From: Porphyridium purpureum
Taxonomy: Eukaryota
Length of the DNA stretch: 64,000 nucleotides
Direction: 5' to 3'
NCBI GenBank assembly: GCA_008690995.1
Contig: VRMN01000008.1
Location: 124,001-188,000 of the forward strand
The notes beneath the pieces are model-generated. The model searched no databases and had not been told where the DNA came from. It saw only the letters and a program-made list of their open reading frames with translations. Shown piece after piece: positions 17,818 to 28,355 of the stretch; positions within the stretch are counted from its first letter, which is position 1, and the number at the start of each line of letters is the position of its first letter. The translations under genes were made by a program, and so were the position numbers.

Positions 17818-20277
17818 TCATGGTGTGCCCGCAGCTTGACGGAAGAGGCGGCGCCGCAGCGACTCTGCTGGGATCGAGAGCCAGTCTGAAGGTAGTTTCC
17901 AGAGACTCATGCACCGCAGCTGCGCCTCGCGCACCAGCGCGTCCGCGAGAGCGAGCTCTTCCTTGGCGTTGCGGGGCATCCAGGACGGTGTGGACACATG
18001 AGTGGACAACAAGCTGGTCGAGCTGGTCGAGCTGCTCGCGCTGCCCGACCGACCACCGCGGATGGGCCGGCCTGAAAGGGTGACAGCCATGCGCGGCTCA
18101 CTTGAGGACTCGCGATGGAGCTCGGCCCGGATCGTGTCCAGCTCGGCTGCCAGCGCGCGCTCATAAGAGCCTTCCTCAAGACACTCCGTGACCACACAGT
18201 CACCATGCAGGAAGACAATGTGCGAGCGTGTCGGTGACGACGACGACGACGAAGAAGAAGAAGAATCAGCGGCAGAGCAGTTACGCTGGACTGACTGCTC
18301 AGAGAAAACGAGCCAGTCAGTGACGCCCTGCGGAGATGGCGATACAAAGGCGGCAGACACAAATCCAAAGGTATCGGGACTGCGCAGCACGCCAAGCTGC
18401 GGAGGATCCAGTACCTCTTCAAACAACTGACGCATATTGCGCGGCGGCGGCGGCCGTTGTGGAAATTTGTGCGCTGACTGATTTCCTTCTCCTGCTTCGC
18501 CAAAGTTGCAGTAGTCGGCGAGGTCCTGCTCCAATAACGCCTGCATCTTGTAGATCATGTCGTCTGTGCGTTTGAGCTCGCGTGTGAGTAGAAGCACGCC
18601 CGGGTCAAAGGCGTGCTGCTTTGCCATATCCTCACCGGGAGCGGCCTTGGCAAATGCTACGCTGTACGTCACCTGTTGTCCACCTTTGGGTTTGACAATG
18701 TTGCGCCATTGATACACTGGATCGCGCAGCCATATGGCATCAAGATCGCTCAATAATACACTTTGTCCAAACGCCAGCAGATTGTAGATGAACCGCAGCT
18801 TCCTGGCTAGAAGATTTCCATCCGTATACGGCCTACTTGTCGCGATACTCTGTGTCGGACAATCCACGGGTCGCCGCTCGTGATACAGAAAGCTCCGAAT
18901 CTCGCGCTGCTCCAAGTAGCTATGCAAACGCGCGTCATGAGTCACGATCATGAAGCGCTCAATGCGAGCCGAGCCCATAATCCACATCATCCAATTGAGC
19001 AGAAGTGCACGCTGTTCAAAGGTTGCCCACACAACAAGTACGCACGGAGTGAATTTGATGAAGCTACTTCGAACCAAGTTGGTAAACTCATCGCGTCGAT
19101 AGAGTTCCTCACTCCACGGATTCACCTTGGCTTGAGGCAACTCTGCTTGGCCACCACGATCAAGCCCATGATGCCCTCTTCCCACGCCTGAGCCCAAGCT
19201 CGAACCCGAGCGAGCTGCCTGCAATGTTTTTTCTTTTGCTCTTATCGCTTCAAATGAAGCGCCGGCGGTTAGGTCCAGCTCCGTCGCGGAATCTTTGATG
19301 CCGAGCTCTGTGTCTGGGAAAGCATTACTCCGTGAGCCGGTTGAAAATGCAGCACTGGGTGCAGCTGGCAACGTCGACTCGCCAACACCAGACTCTTCCT
19401 TTGGAGTCAAAACTACGGAATGATCATGCATCAGAGACGGCGTGCTTTCCGGAGTAGTAATGACGTCACTGAGTCCTTTGCCCGTCTGACCTGCAAGCTC
19501 GATTGGCTTATTGCCAACCTGAACTTCTGATTCGCCTTGTTCTTTATCCGTTTCACGTTCTGATCGACTCTGCGGCATGTCTGCCTGACGTTCGAATTCG
19601 CTGGGTTCCTTGCCCGTCTCAACCTGCGATTTTCTCGGCTCGTTACCCATGTTGTCTTCTGGCTCGCCCGGTCTTGCTGATGCGGTCAGGCTGTGCACCG
19701 AATCCCCATCATCTTGACGTACATTCGCGCTCACCTGTTTCTTCAGCTCGTTTTCATTCGTGCTGAGGCTTCCAGGAGAATGCACGTCGGTTGAAGTTAC
19801 TGTTAGTCTTTCGGTAATCAATGTATCGTTCCTGTCGTGCCTGTCTGCGGCATCAGACAAAGATGGACTGTGTACCAGGTCCATGGGCACTGTATTTTGA
19901 TCATTTCGGTCATCGTCTTCTCTTTCGGAAGCGCTGAAAGAGGAGCTTGCATTAGTCGCATGTACTATGTTGCCTTCTTGAGTCAGCCGGCGGCGCATAG
20001 TGTCATCCATGCCGCGTTGGCTTTCAGTCTCGATGTTTTGCTGTTCCAGCGGTGCGAGTTCTGCGTGCAGGTGAAACTCCCGTTCATGAAAGCGAACCAA
20101 GACGTGGAACTCCCACACCGCAGCGGCGGCCATGACGAAGAGCACGAGCACGGGCAGGCGCGCGTACGCGAGCACACTTGGCAGCACGCCCAGCGGAGCG
20201 CCATCACTCGGCGCGTCCCCATCCAGCTGCGACAAACGCACCGCCTGCCGCCGCCACCGCCGCGCGCGATCGCTCAT
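17818..20277 (-). CDS. Nucleotide-diphospho-sugar transferase (GT77-like), type II membrane protein
   Basis: N-terminal TM helix, long low-complexity stem, then RKLRFIYNLLAFGQSVLLSDLDAIWLRDP with a DxD motif. Confidence 0.78.
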   Translation of the reverse strand: MSDRARRWRRQAVRLSQLDGDAPSDGAPLGVLPSVLAYARLPVLVLFVMAAAAVWEFHVLVRFHEREFHLHAELAPLEQQNIETESQRGMDDTMRRRLTQEGNIVHATNASSSFSASEREDDDRNDQNTVPMDLVHSPSLSDAADRHDRNDTLITERLTVTSTDVHSPGSLSTNENELKKQVSANVRQDDGDSVHSLTASARPGEPEDNMGNEPRKSQVETGKEPSEFERQADMPQSRSERETDKEQGESEVQVGNKPIELAGQTGKGLSDVITTPESTPSLMHDHSVVLTPKEESGVGESTLPAAPSAAFSTGSRSNAFPDTELGIKDSATELDLTAGASFEAIRAKEKTLQAARSGSSLGSGVGRGHHGLDRGGQAELPQAKVNPWSEELYRRDEFTNLVRSSFIKFTPCVLVVWATFEQRALLLNWMMWIMGSARIERFMIVTHDARLHSYLEQREIRSFLYHERRPVDCPTQSIATSRPYTDGNLLARKLRFIYNLLAFGQSVLLSDLDAIWLRDPVYQWRNIVKPKGGQQVTYSVAFAKAAPGEDMAKQHAFDPGVLLLTRELKRTDDMIYKMQALLEQDLADYCNFGEAGEGNQSAHKFPQRPPPPRNMRQLFEEVLDPPQLGVLRSPDTFGFVSAAFVSPSPQGVTDWLVFSEQSVQRNCSAADSSSSSSSSSSPTRSHIVFLHGDCVVTECLEEGSYERALAAELDTIRAELHRESSSEPRMAVTLSGRPIRGGRSGSASSSTSSTSLLSTHVSTPSWMPRNAKEELALADALVREAQLRCMSLWKLPSDWLSIPAESLRRRLFRQAAGTP

Positions 20278-20640
20278 CCACGTCCGTGTGTCCTTCTCTC
20301 CTCCGTCACCACACCTCTCTGCCAAACCACCACCTTCAACTACAAACTCACGCTCGTCTCCGCCACCAACTCCTCAAGTTAAATGCATTTCACAGCGGTA
20401 CAGCGTCACTGTACACTCACCTCAAGTGTTGTTCACTGTACTTTCTTCCACATGCGGTAATCGTAACTGTACTTTATTATACTCAACGCCCCCCTTTTTT
20501 AACGACGTTCATTGTTCAGCTTGCTGGCGCACGATTTCTAGTGAAACGAGGTGGTTTTCATAGGAAAAAGGTCTTTTTGTATAGAAGAGGAGAAAGGGCG
20601 AACCAACAACCAAGGCAGTGAGCGGGAGTGAAGAGGGAGA

Positions 20641-20664
20641 AGAGAGAGAGAGAGAGAGAGAGAG
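20641..20664. repeat. (AG)12 microsatellite immediately 5' of RPT6
   Basis: Read directly in the sequence. Confidence 0.95.
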
Positions 20665-20685
20665 GACGGAAGGAAGAAAGGAAGG

Positions 20686-21978
20686 ATGGGGAGTGGGAGT
20701 GGACAAATGGAGGTGGACGTGACGTCTTCGGGTATGCTAGGGGCTACATCTGGTGCAGCGGGAAATACGTCCTCGGTGCTGGCGGCGACGTCGACGTCGA
20801 GCACGGTGCTCCGCGGGTATTACCAGACAAAGATCGATGAGCTGGATGCCAAGCTGCGCGAGAAGCAGGAGAATCTGCGGCGCCTGGAAGCGCAGCGCAA
20901 CGATTTGAACAGCAAGGTGAAGAACTTGAGGGAGGAGTTGCAGCTGCTGCAGGAGCCAGGATCGTACGTGGGCGAGGTAATCAAAGTGATGAGCAAGAAA
21001 AAGGTACTCGTCAAGGTGCACCCGGAGGGAAAGTACATCGTGGACATCGAAAGTTCCATCGATATCAACAAAGTCCTGGCGACTGCGCGCGTGTCGCTTC
21101 GCAACGATTCGTACACGCTGCACAAGATTTTGCCGTCCAAAGTCGACCCGCTCGTGTCCCTCATGCGCGTGGAAAAAGTGCCGGACTCCACGTATGAGAT
21201 GATCGGCGGCCTGGACAAGCAGATCAAAGAAATTAAGGAAGTCATTGAGCTGCCGATTAAGCACCCGGAACTCTTCGAGGCTTTGGGTATTGCCCAACCC
21301 AAGGGCGTGCTGCTCTACGGCCCGCCCGGCACGGGTAAGACATTGCTGGCGCGCGCCGTCGCGCACCACACGGACTGCACGTTTATCCGAGTGAGCGGGT
21401 CGGAGTTGGTTCAAAAATACATCGGAGAGGGATCGCGCATGGTGCGCGAGCTGTTCGTGATGGCGCGTGAGCATGCGCCCAGCATCATCTTCATGGATGA
21501 GATCGATTCGATCGGCTCAGCGCGCATGAACTCGGGCGGGAGTGGCGGAGGCGACTCGGAGGTGCAAAGAACGATGTTGGAGCTTCTGAACCAGTTGGAC
21601 GGCTTCGAGCCGACCAAAAATATTAAGATCCTGATGGCCACCAACCGCATTGACATCCTCGATTCGGCGTTGCTGCGTCCCGGCCGTATTGACCGCAAAA
21701 TCGAGTTTCCGAATCCGAGTGAGGACGCGCGGCTGGATATTCTCAAGATTCATAGCCGCAAGATGAATCTCATGCGCGGCATTGACCTCGCCAAAATCTC
21801 GCACAAAATGAGCGGCTCCAGCGGTGCCGAAACGAAGGCAGTATGTACAGAAGCTGGCATGTACGCGCTCCGCGAGCGCCGTATTCACGTCACGCAGGAA
21901 GATTTTGAGATGGCGGTTTCCAAGGTTATGAGAAAGGACCACGAGAATAACATGAGTCTGAAGAAGCTCTGGAAATAG
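20686..21978 (+). CDS. RPT6: 26S proteasome regulatory AAA-ATPase RPT6 (PSMC5)
   Basis: [40 protein letters not shown] and C-terminal SLKKLWK. Confidence 0.98.
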   Translation: MGSGSGQMEVDVTSSGMLGATSGAAGNTSSVLAATSTSSTVLRGYYQTKIDELDAKLREKQENLRRLEAQRNDLNSKVKNLREELQLLQEPGSYVGEVIKVMSKKKVLVKVHPEGKYIVDIESSIDINKVLATARVSLRNDSYTLHKILPSKVDPLVSLMRVEKVPDSTYEMIGGLDKQIKEIKEVIELPIKHPELFEALGIAQPKGVLLYGPPGTGKTLLARAVAHHTDCTFIRVSGSELVQKYIGEGSRMVRELFVMAREHAPSIIFMDEIDSIGSARMNSGGSGGGDSEVQRTMLELLNQLDGFEPTKNIKILMATNRIDILDSALLRPGRIDRKIEFPNPSEDARLDILKIHSRKMNLMRGIDLAKISHKMSGSSGAETKAVCTEAGMYALRERRIHVTQEDFEMAVSKVMRKDHENNMSLKKLWK

Positions 21979-22289
21979 ACTTTGAAAGAAAATCTCGGTT
22001 GGCTGCAATGTATTTCACTTTCTGGAAAATTCGCGAGCACACTTGGTGGGGCTTGGCCTCTCCACGCCACCATCTCTGGCTTCAAAATGGGCGGGTCGAA
22101 AAGATCTACGGCATTCTAGTGTCTGCTTTCACTAAGATAACCATCGAGCGCGGTTTGGAGCAGACTTTTCTTCTGATCACTTGAAACGACCTACTATTTT
22201 CTTCGGCAGATACCCGGCCGGCAACTGCCAAACTCTCTCACAAGGCTTGCACGACGTCGCCACTCTCGATCCAATGTTAATGTCTCACC

Positions 22290-23265
22290 TTTGTCATGAG
22301 TAAGATCCAGCGTCTGCTGTCGCGAGGTGGACCACAAGTTCACAAGATAGAATGAAATTAGAGGGGACACAGTGGAGAGTCTCTGTTCATCTGACACCTC
22401 TGGCACCTCTGGCATAGGCCCAGAGAAATTACAAAGAATCTCGCTGACAGTCGAGACAGCGATGCCGACGATTTCTGTGCGGGCTCGGAACAAGCCTATC
22501 ATCTATCTCCGGCCATGCGGCGCATCCAAGTTTGAAGCAGTTCTGTTGACGGCTGTAAACGACGTACCCAAACCTGTGATCGGAACCATCAACGCGAAGA
22601 GAATCACGACGCGCGCTGATTGAAGAAGTCGGCAAATTGCTCGGGTAAAAAACTCTCGGAGCACGGAGACCGGGTGCGACTTGTGACGACTAAAGGAACA
22701 GGAAGGCTTTTATCCTTCCAAGCCACGGAAACAACGCGTTGCAAAAGCCGAAGCTGGTGTGCAATGATGAAGATGCACCCAGATATGAGAGTCGCGTCTA
22801 CCTTTTGCGGAAAGAATGGCAACCCGCTGATACACGTACGCGAGCTTGCGTAAAGCGGGAGCACTTCTTCACCGCGCGCGCTCGACAAAAGCATGTCGAG
22901 CTCGAAGCACGGGTTCAAGCTAAATGCACAGGCCTCCCAAACGCTATGGATGTAGTTTCGAGTGTGGGATACAATACATTTGCCATTCGAGAAGAACTGT
23001 GCGAAGGCCTCCCCGCATGTGGCTCTTAGAAACATGCGTGCACCCACACCGGTCTGCGCATCTCAAAGTCTTCTCGTCCTCTCACTGCTGCCTGGCGAGA
23101 TAAATCTGTTCTCAGGCAAGAAACACACCGCAAATGCCCCATTTGTGTGCCTTTCTATCAGGACCTTTCACGTCGGCTGTCTGCACATCCCACAGACCCT
23201 TGACCTAGTCCTTGCTACCCGACGCGATGAGCCCGATCTTTGGCGAAAAATGCATGGCGCGCACT
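22290..23265 (-). pseudogene. Degenerate tandem copy of the adjacent MFS transporter gene
   Basis: Fragments align by eye to 23482-25455. EEVLPLYASSRTCISGLPFFPQKV matches DEGFPIYTSSPTSVGGLSFSPQEV. GTSFTAVNRTASNLDAPHGRR*MIG matches ATSFTAVNILVSNSAAPHERGWVSG. Frameshifts and a TGG>TAG stop at 22503-22505. Confidence 0.8.
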
Positions 23266-23481
23266 CAATCCGAGGAGCCAGTGATCGTGCAGCCGGTTGT
23301 TGTACCTGCAAACGTCATTTCACAGTTTCTTCTTGGGTGCTGAGGTTCAGGAAAGCTACCAATGCCGCTCGAAGTCAGGGCGCTACAAGTATCTTGTTTT
23401 GTACAGTCGCAAACAGTGTCAGTCATTCTTGTGCGCAGCCTCAGCAGTGCAGCATCAGACACAGACAAAGGCATGTGTGTT

Positions 23482-25455
23482 TCACTTTTGCGACTGTGGA
23501 TAATTCAATGTCTCCGGCAACCGGGCCGACCACCAGTACAAGACCATGTTCGAAAAAACAGAAAGCATGAAGATAAGGCTCTGGTGATAAGGCACTTCTG
23601 TCAGTTGTGTCGACAGACTCCACAGCGCGCCCCCGACGGTCGGACCCACCGTGCGCACAAGTGCCGCGCTCGCCTGCGACATACCGCTCACCCATCCGCG
23701 CTCGTGTGGCGCGGCAGAGTTGGAGACGAGAATGTTGACTGCTGTGAATGACGTGGCCTGTCCGATGACCTTGAGCGTCTGCGCGATGAGAATGACAGCC
23801 CACTCGAGAACGAAGCATCTTCGAAACGCAAAAATGGACGCGGTTGGTATGAGCAGTCCGGCTGCAATCTGAAGCCAAAGAAAAGCCCGGAACGCTTTGA
23901 CGGGACCGAGCCACGCGGCAACGTGTGGCCAGAACCAGATCTGGTACACAAACAGGACCACGCCGCCAAACAAGAGAGCTATCCCAACTTCTTGAGGAGA
24001 GAACGACAAGCCGCCGACAGACGTAGGCGAGCTCGTGTAGATGGGGAAGCCTTCGTCATAGATGATTTGTGAAAAGCACCCTCCGGCATACCCTAAAATG
24101 GCCATCAGTTTCAAATTTGCCTCAGCAACATCGTGATACGAGCTCTGTGATGCCACACGCGACGCGTCCATCTCCTCCCCGATTTCGTGCACAACGTCTT
24201 CTACGCGCTCGCGGTCAAGCACGGGCGGCCGAAAACTGATGGGCATCGAGAGCATTGCGCGCAGTCGCTCCTCCTCTACATTCTCCGGATCCGAGTCGTG
24301 TCCGTCGTTCCCTAGATCATCCAGACTAGGCGAGCGAATGTGTCCAATGAGGCGATTCCTGTGCCGCGGCTTGCTTACGATCCGTTCCATGGCACCCGAC
24401 TCCGTCTTTTCGTACACTTGGCCAAACATAATGCACCTTCGATGCACCGCTCGTCCCTTGAGCGAAGGCTTTGCGCTCGCCTGCTTACCAGCATAAGAAT
24501 ACGACTGCCTCAGTGACGGCTGCTGTTCAGACCCTATACGTATCAGGGGTTCCGCAACAACTGAATGACCTGCATGTGTAGAACTTTTTCTCAGCGCAGC
24601 AAGATCAGTTGGAGGCTTCACATGTGGAGTCTCAACTTCAAGTATTGCAGTGGAAGGCGGCTGGGATGTGGACGCGTCTTCCATGCATGCTGCTGCGGAG
24701 TTGTCCTCTGCAGCTTCCCGTGTTTCGACCAGACACAGCTTGACAATCAAAACGGACAACACGCTGAGCGCGCACTGCAATATATTTGGCGCCAAGTAGG
24801 GAAATTTGGCCATCAGTCCATCGCCCTCAGAGCACAGCGACCCAAGCGCACCTGCGAAAACCCGATTCTCGCATGGTCGGCTGACCAGTCCACATAATGT
24901 TGGGGCCAACATGATGCCCAAGGAGTAGGACAGCCCGATCGTGGCGAACGCGCGCGCCTGGTTGGAGCGGGTCGTAGACTCGGCCATGATTGTCTTGACG
25001 ACGCTGACGTTTCCGTTAAAGATGCCACCCAGGATACGAAAGGCCGCGGCCTGCCAGAAGCTCTGGCTGAAGCCGAAGCCGAGCGAGAAGACAGCGGTGG
25101 CGCCAGCGCCCATCATCAACGCGGGTTTGCGTCCATATCGGTCCGAGAAGGAGCCCCAGATCAGGCTCGCAAATGTCTGCGCAAAAGGCCATGTGCTGCC
25201 TAGTAGACCCGCGTACGTGCCAACATGCTTCTCCTGGATGCCAAAGTCACGGATCATGAACACCGAGTAGGCAAACAAACCAAACAGGTTAAACGCTTCA
25301 ACAAAGTATGCAAAGAGGCAGGTCAGAATCAGCCCCGTAGACAACTCATCTTCTTGTCCGTCATCGTCTGTCTCCGCGACACTTTTCTCGTCTCGCCCGA
25401 GCTTGCTTTCCGCCAGCAACGCGCTTCGCTCACTCCTGTCCGTCGACGAGCGCAT
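23482..25455 (-). CDS. MFS transporter (ZIFL/tetracycline-efflux-like)
   Basis: Motif A WGSFSDRYGRKP, FRILGGIFNGNVSVVKT, and two hydrophobic halves separated by a large central loop. Confidence 0.92.
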   Translation of the reverse strand: MRSSTDRSERSALLAESKLGRDEKSVAETDDDGQEDELSTGLILTCLFAYFVEAFNLFGLFAYSVFMIRDFGIQEKHVGTYAGLLGSTWPFAQTFASLIWGSFSDRYGRKPALMMGAGATAVFSLGFGFSQSFWQAAAFRILGGIFNGNVSVVKTIMAESTTRSNQARAFATIGLSYSLGIMLAPTLCGLVSRPCENRVFAGALGSLCSEGDGLMAKFPYLAPNILQCALSVLSVLIVKLCLVETREAAEDNSAAACMEDASTSQPPSTAILEVETPHVKPPTDLAALRKSSTHAGHSVVAEPLIRIGSEQQPSLRQSYSYAGKQASAKPSLKGRAVHRRCIMFGQVYEKTESGAMERIVSKPRHRNRLIGHIRSPSLDDLGNDGHDSDPENVEEERLRAMLSMPISFRPPVLDRERVEDVVHEIGEEMDASRVASQSSYHDVAEANLKLMAILGYAGGCFSQIIYDEGFPIYTSSPTSVGGLSFSPQEVGIALLFGGVVLFVYQIWFWPHVAAWLGPVKAFRAFLWLQIAAGLLIPTASIFAFRRCFVLEWAVILIAQTLKVIGQATSFTAVNILVSNSAAPHERGWVSGMSQASAALVRTVGPTVGGALWSLSTQLTEVPYHQSLIFMLSVFSNMVLYWWSARLPETLNYPQSQK

Positions 25456-25559
25456 CCTTCCTTGATGAGCTCACGTCAGCCCCGATTTCGGCTTTGTCAA
25501 GTGCAGCTCAGCCGCAGTCCTGCTCTTCGTCGCGCACCGCAGTTCCACTTCTCCAAGCC

Positions 25560-25590
25560 CCACACACACACACACACGCACACACACACA
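25560..25590. repeat. Imperfect (CA)n microsatellite
   Basis: Read directly in the sequence. Confidence 0.9.
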
Positions 25591-26873
25591 AACATATCCT
25601 TCTCTCTTTGTCGGTCCGCGGCGCCCGCTTTGCACCATCTCGTCTCCTGCCGGTGAGCACGCCGGTCCGCGCATCCTCGGCAAAAACACGCCGCCAATTC
25701 AACGAAGTACAGTCCGCTACATCCTGTCAGATGGTACTGTACCTTCCTCGTTCTGGCAGTGCGCACGCTCGGATCGGTTTACCGGCTCCTCCACTTCCGC
25801 AGCCGCCGCGAAACCGAACCACTTCCCAAAGCTGTTCGGCGAAGTGAACGAAGTTCAGTGTCCGCACAATATGGTACACTCCACGGTTTTAATAAGGTAC
25901 AGCGATTCGTCAGGCCCGTCCGTCACGGTTTGCTTGTGCGCTTACGCAGGATACTGAAAATAAAGGCAATTCGACGTGAACCGCTTAACCGTTTGTGATC
26001 GCCCTTACGATGACGACACAAACAACGCGCAACGTGCAGGGGCAAGAAGGAAACGACACGTAGAAGAAAGCAGCCCGATTGATTCACAGCACATACCGCA
26101 TACACGTACGCGCACACGCGCAACAACCTGGAGAGCAGAGCGCTGGACCACCGGTTGCTGCAGTTTCCAAGGTTCAAGCTGTGGAGTTTCTCTGTTCATG
26201 CGTCGCCGGCGGCGTCTGAATTCGGACGCGGAGCTTCGCGACGTGCTGAGAACCTCCGTCACCTCTCACCGAACCGCGGCCGTCCTTGCGCGAAGCGCGT
26301 GCCCACGCGCTCCTGCGATTGCCCCGACGCGCTTTCCGTGCGCCGTTCTAGCGCTCCTATAGACCGTTGTGCGGTCCGCGCCGTCTTGGCGATACTTTAA
26401 AAAACGACGTTAAGAATGCATCAAAGCGCGAGTTTAATTAAGTTTGTTTCGTATGTGGTTTGAGAAGGAACACCGAAGAAGGACGTGCAGAGGTTGAGGA
26501 CGAGAAGGAGAGGATGAGAGGAAGGATGGTGGTGGTGAGGAGGATGATGATGATGGTGGTGGTGGCGAGGCGGATGTGTGCTGCGCGGCGGTGGCTGAGC
26601 GTGATGGATGGTCCGTGGATGGCGGAGAGGAAGGATGCGAGGCGCGCCGCCTGGGCGGTGAGGAGCCGCTGCGCTTGCGCGTGCGTGCTGCCGGTGAATG
26701 CGCACAGCGTGCGGAGCATCAGCAGATGGCACGCCTTGCAGGCGGCTCGAGGAATGTGCTGGAGACGGTGTGCAGCGCTTGAGGGAGGAGGCGCGAGACG
26801 GCGGGACGAGAAGAAGAGGATTCAGTATCGGCATGATCTGTGTGTGCGTGGACACCAGGTGCAGGTCGAGGGT

Positions 26874-28133
26874 ATGGCCGCGCGCCCGGACGCCGACGTC
26901 CAGATGGAAGAGCAGCCAGACCTGCAGCTGGCTGCCCAAGTGCAGGGTGCACCGCAGACAGAGACAGAGCTCAGCACAGAGGAAGTGTTCAACAATGTCT
27001 GGAACAAGCTGGAGAAGGAGTACAGGAGCCAGAACCAGTACATGACGCTTCCGTCCGAGATCATTTGGCTCAACGGCGCACCAGGATCTGGCAAGTCCAC
27101 GAACACCCCCTTCATTTTGCGCGCGCGCGGGCTCGATGCTCGGCCCATCATCATGTCCAGCCTGCTTCAGGCCGAGGAGTTTAGAGAACGAATTGACCGC
27201 GGAGAGATGATTCCCGACAGCGAGGTGTTAGAGCGCTTGCTGCGCGCACTGCTTGACCCGCGGCTTCGCAAGGGCGTGCTTGTAGATGGCTTTCCGCGCA
27301 CCACAGCGCAGGTTGAGACGCTCACCATGTTGTACGACAAGATGAAGGAGCTGCGCAGTACGTGTGACTCCAACTTGCTCGTCCACTACCCGAAACCTCG
27401 CTTTCTGATTGCAATCTTGTATGTTTCTGAGGAAGAGTCTGTGCATCGCCAGATAGCACGCGGCTCGGCCGCACAAAAACATAATCTGCGTGTGAAGGAG
27501 ATTCAAGGCGGTACCTTGGCACCCAACCAAGCGGAAACGGAGAGAAAAACCGATCAAGACGTCGCACTGTGCCGCAAGCGCTATCGTATCTTCCGCGCTC
27601 ACCGAGACACCTTGCTGCGCCTGCAAGACAAGTTTCCGTTTGCAGTTATTGACGCGGAAAAGCCGCTCGAAGTGGTGCAGAACGCGATTTTGGAGCAGTT
27701 TCAGTACCAAAGCTCGCAGGAGCTGCGCGCTGACACGTACGACATCATCCAGAACGTGCCGTTAGCGTCTAAAGTCTCATCGAACGCAAGAGGTGCGCTT
27801 GTTGAGCGGCTCGACATGTACCAGGCCGAACGGCCGGACATGTTTAAGCGTGCCATCATCTTTATAAATAAGGTGATGGTCCCACAAATGCAGCGACATG
27901 CGTTTGCCGGCGAAGCGGTTGTCAAAGTGAGCGAGGACCGCATACGCATGGACCAACTGTTTATTGACATGGTCCTCGATGTACTTAGTGAGCGCGGGTA
28001 CATGTGCCATCACGACCGGAAGCTCAGCTACACACCCACAAGTATCGACCGTACGACCCTCCGCATCTTGACAGAGGAGCGGGTAGAACACCTCTTCTAC
28101 GTCAAGTTTCCTGCAGTGGCCTTGCGACACTGA
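26874..28133 (+). CDS. Adenylate/nucleoside monophosphate kinase with C-terminal extension
   Basis: P-loop IWLNGAPGSGKST and LVDGFPRT. The start is uncertain because the frame is open back to 26460 with upstream ATGs. Confidence 0.85.
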   Translation: MAARPDADVQMEEQPDLQLAAQVQGAPQTETELSTEEVFNNVWNKLEKEYRSQNQYMTLPSEIIWLNGAPGSGKSTNTPFILRARGLDARPIIMSSLLQAEEFRERIDRGEMIPDSEVLERLLRALLDPRLRKGVLVDGFPRTTAQVETLTMLYDKMKELRSTCDSNLLVHYPKPRFLIAILYVSEEESVHRQIARGSAAQKHNLRVKEIQGGTLAPNQAETERKTDQDVALCRKRYRIFRAHRDTLLRLQDKFPFAVIDAEKPLEVVQNAILEQFQYQSSQELRADTYDIIQNVPLASKVSSNARGALVERLDMYQAERPDMFKRAIIFINKVMVPQMQRHAFAGEAVVKVSEDRIRMDQLFIDMVLDVLSERGYMCHHDRKLSYTPTSIDRTTLRILTEERVEHLFYVKFPAVALRH

Positions 28134-28355
28134 TAGACGTTGTAGGAGCTTCCATTTCTGCCTCCCGGCGGTTCGCGCATTCCGAAGCGCGCAGATTCGG
28201 GCACATGATGGCAGCTCGGCTCGAGCACATGTGCAGCATCTGGTCGGGAAGAGAATGTCTGAATAGTTTTGAACTTTTTTGTTTTGGCCGCGAGCGTCGA
28301 ATCTGTAAACGTATTTTGTCTATACACAAGACGAGCAAGGGATTCATGCCGCACC

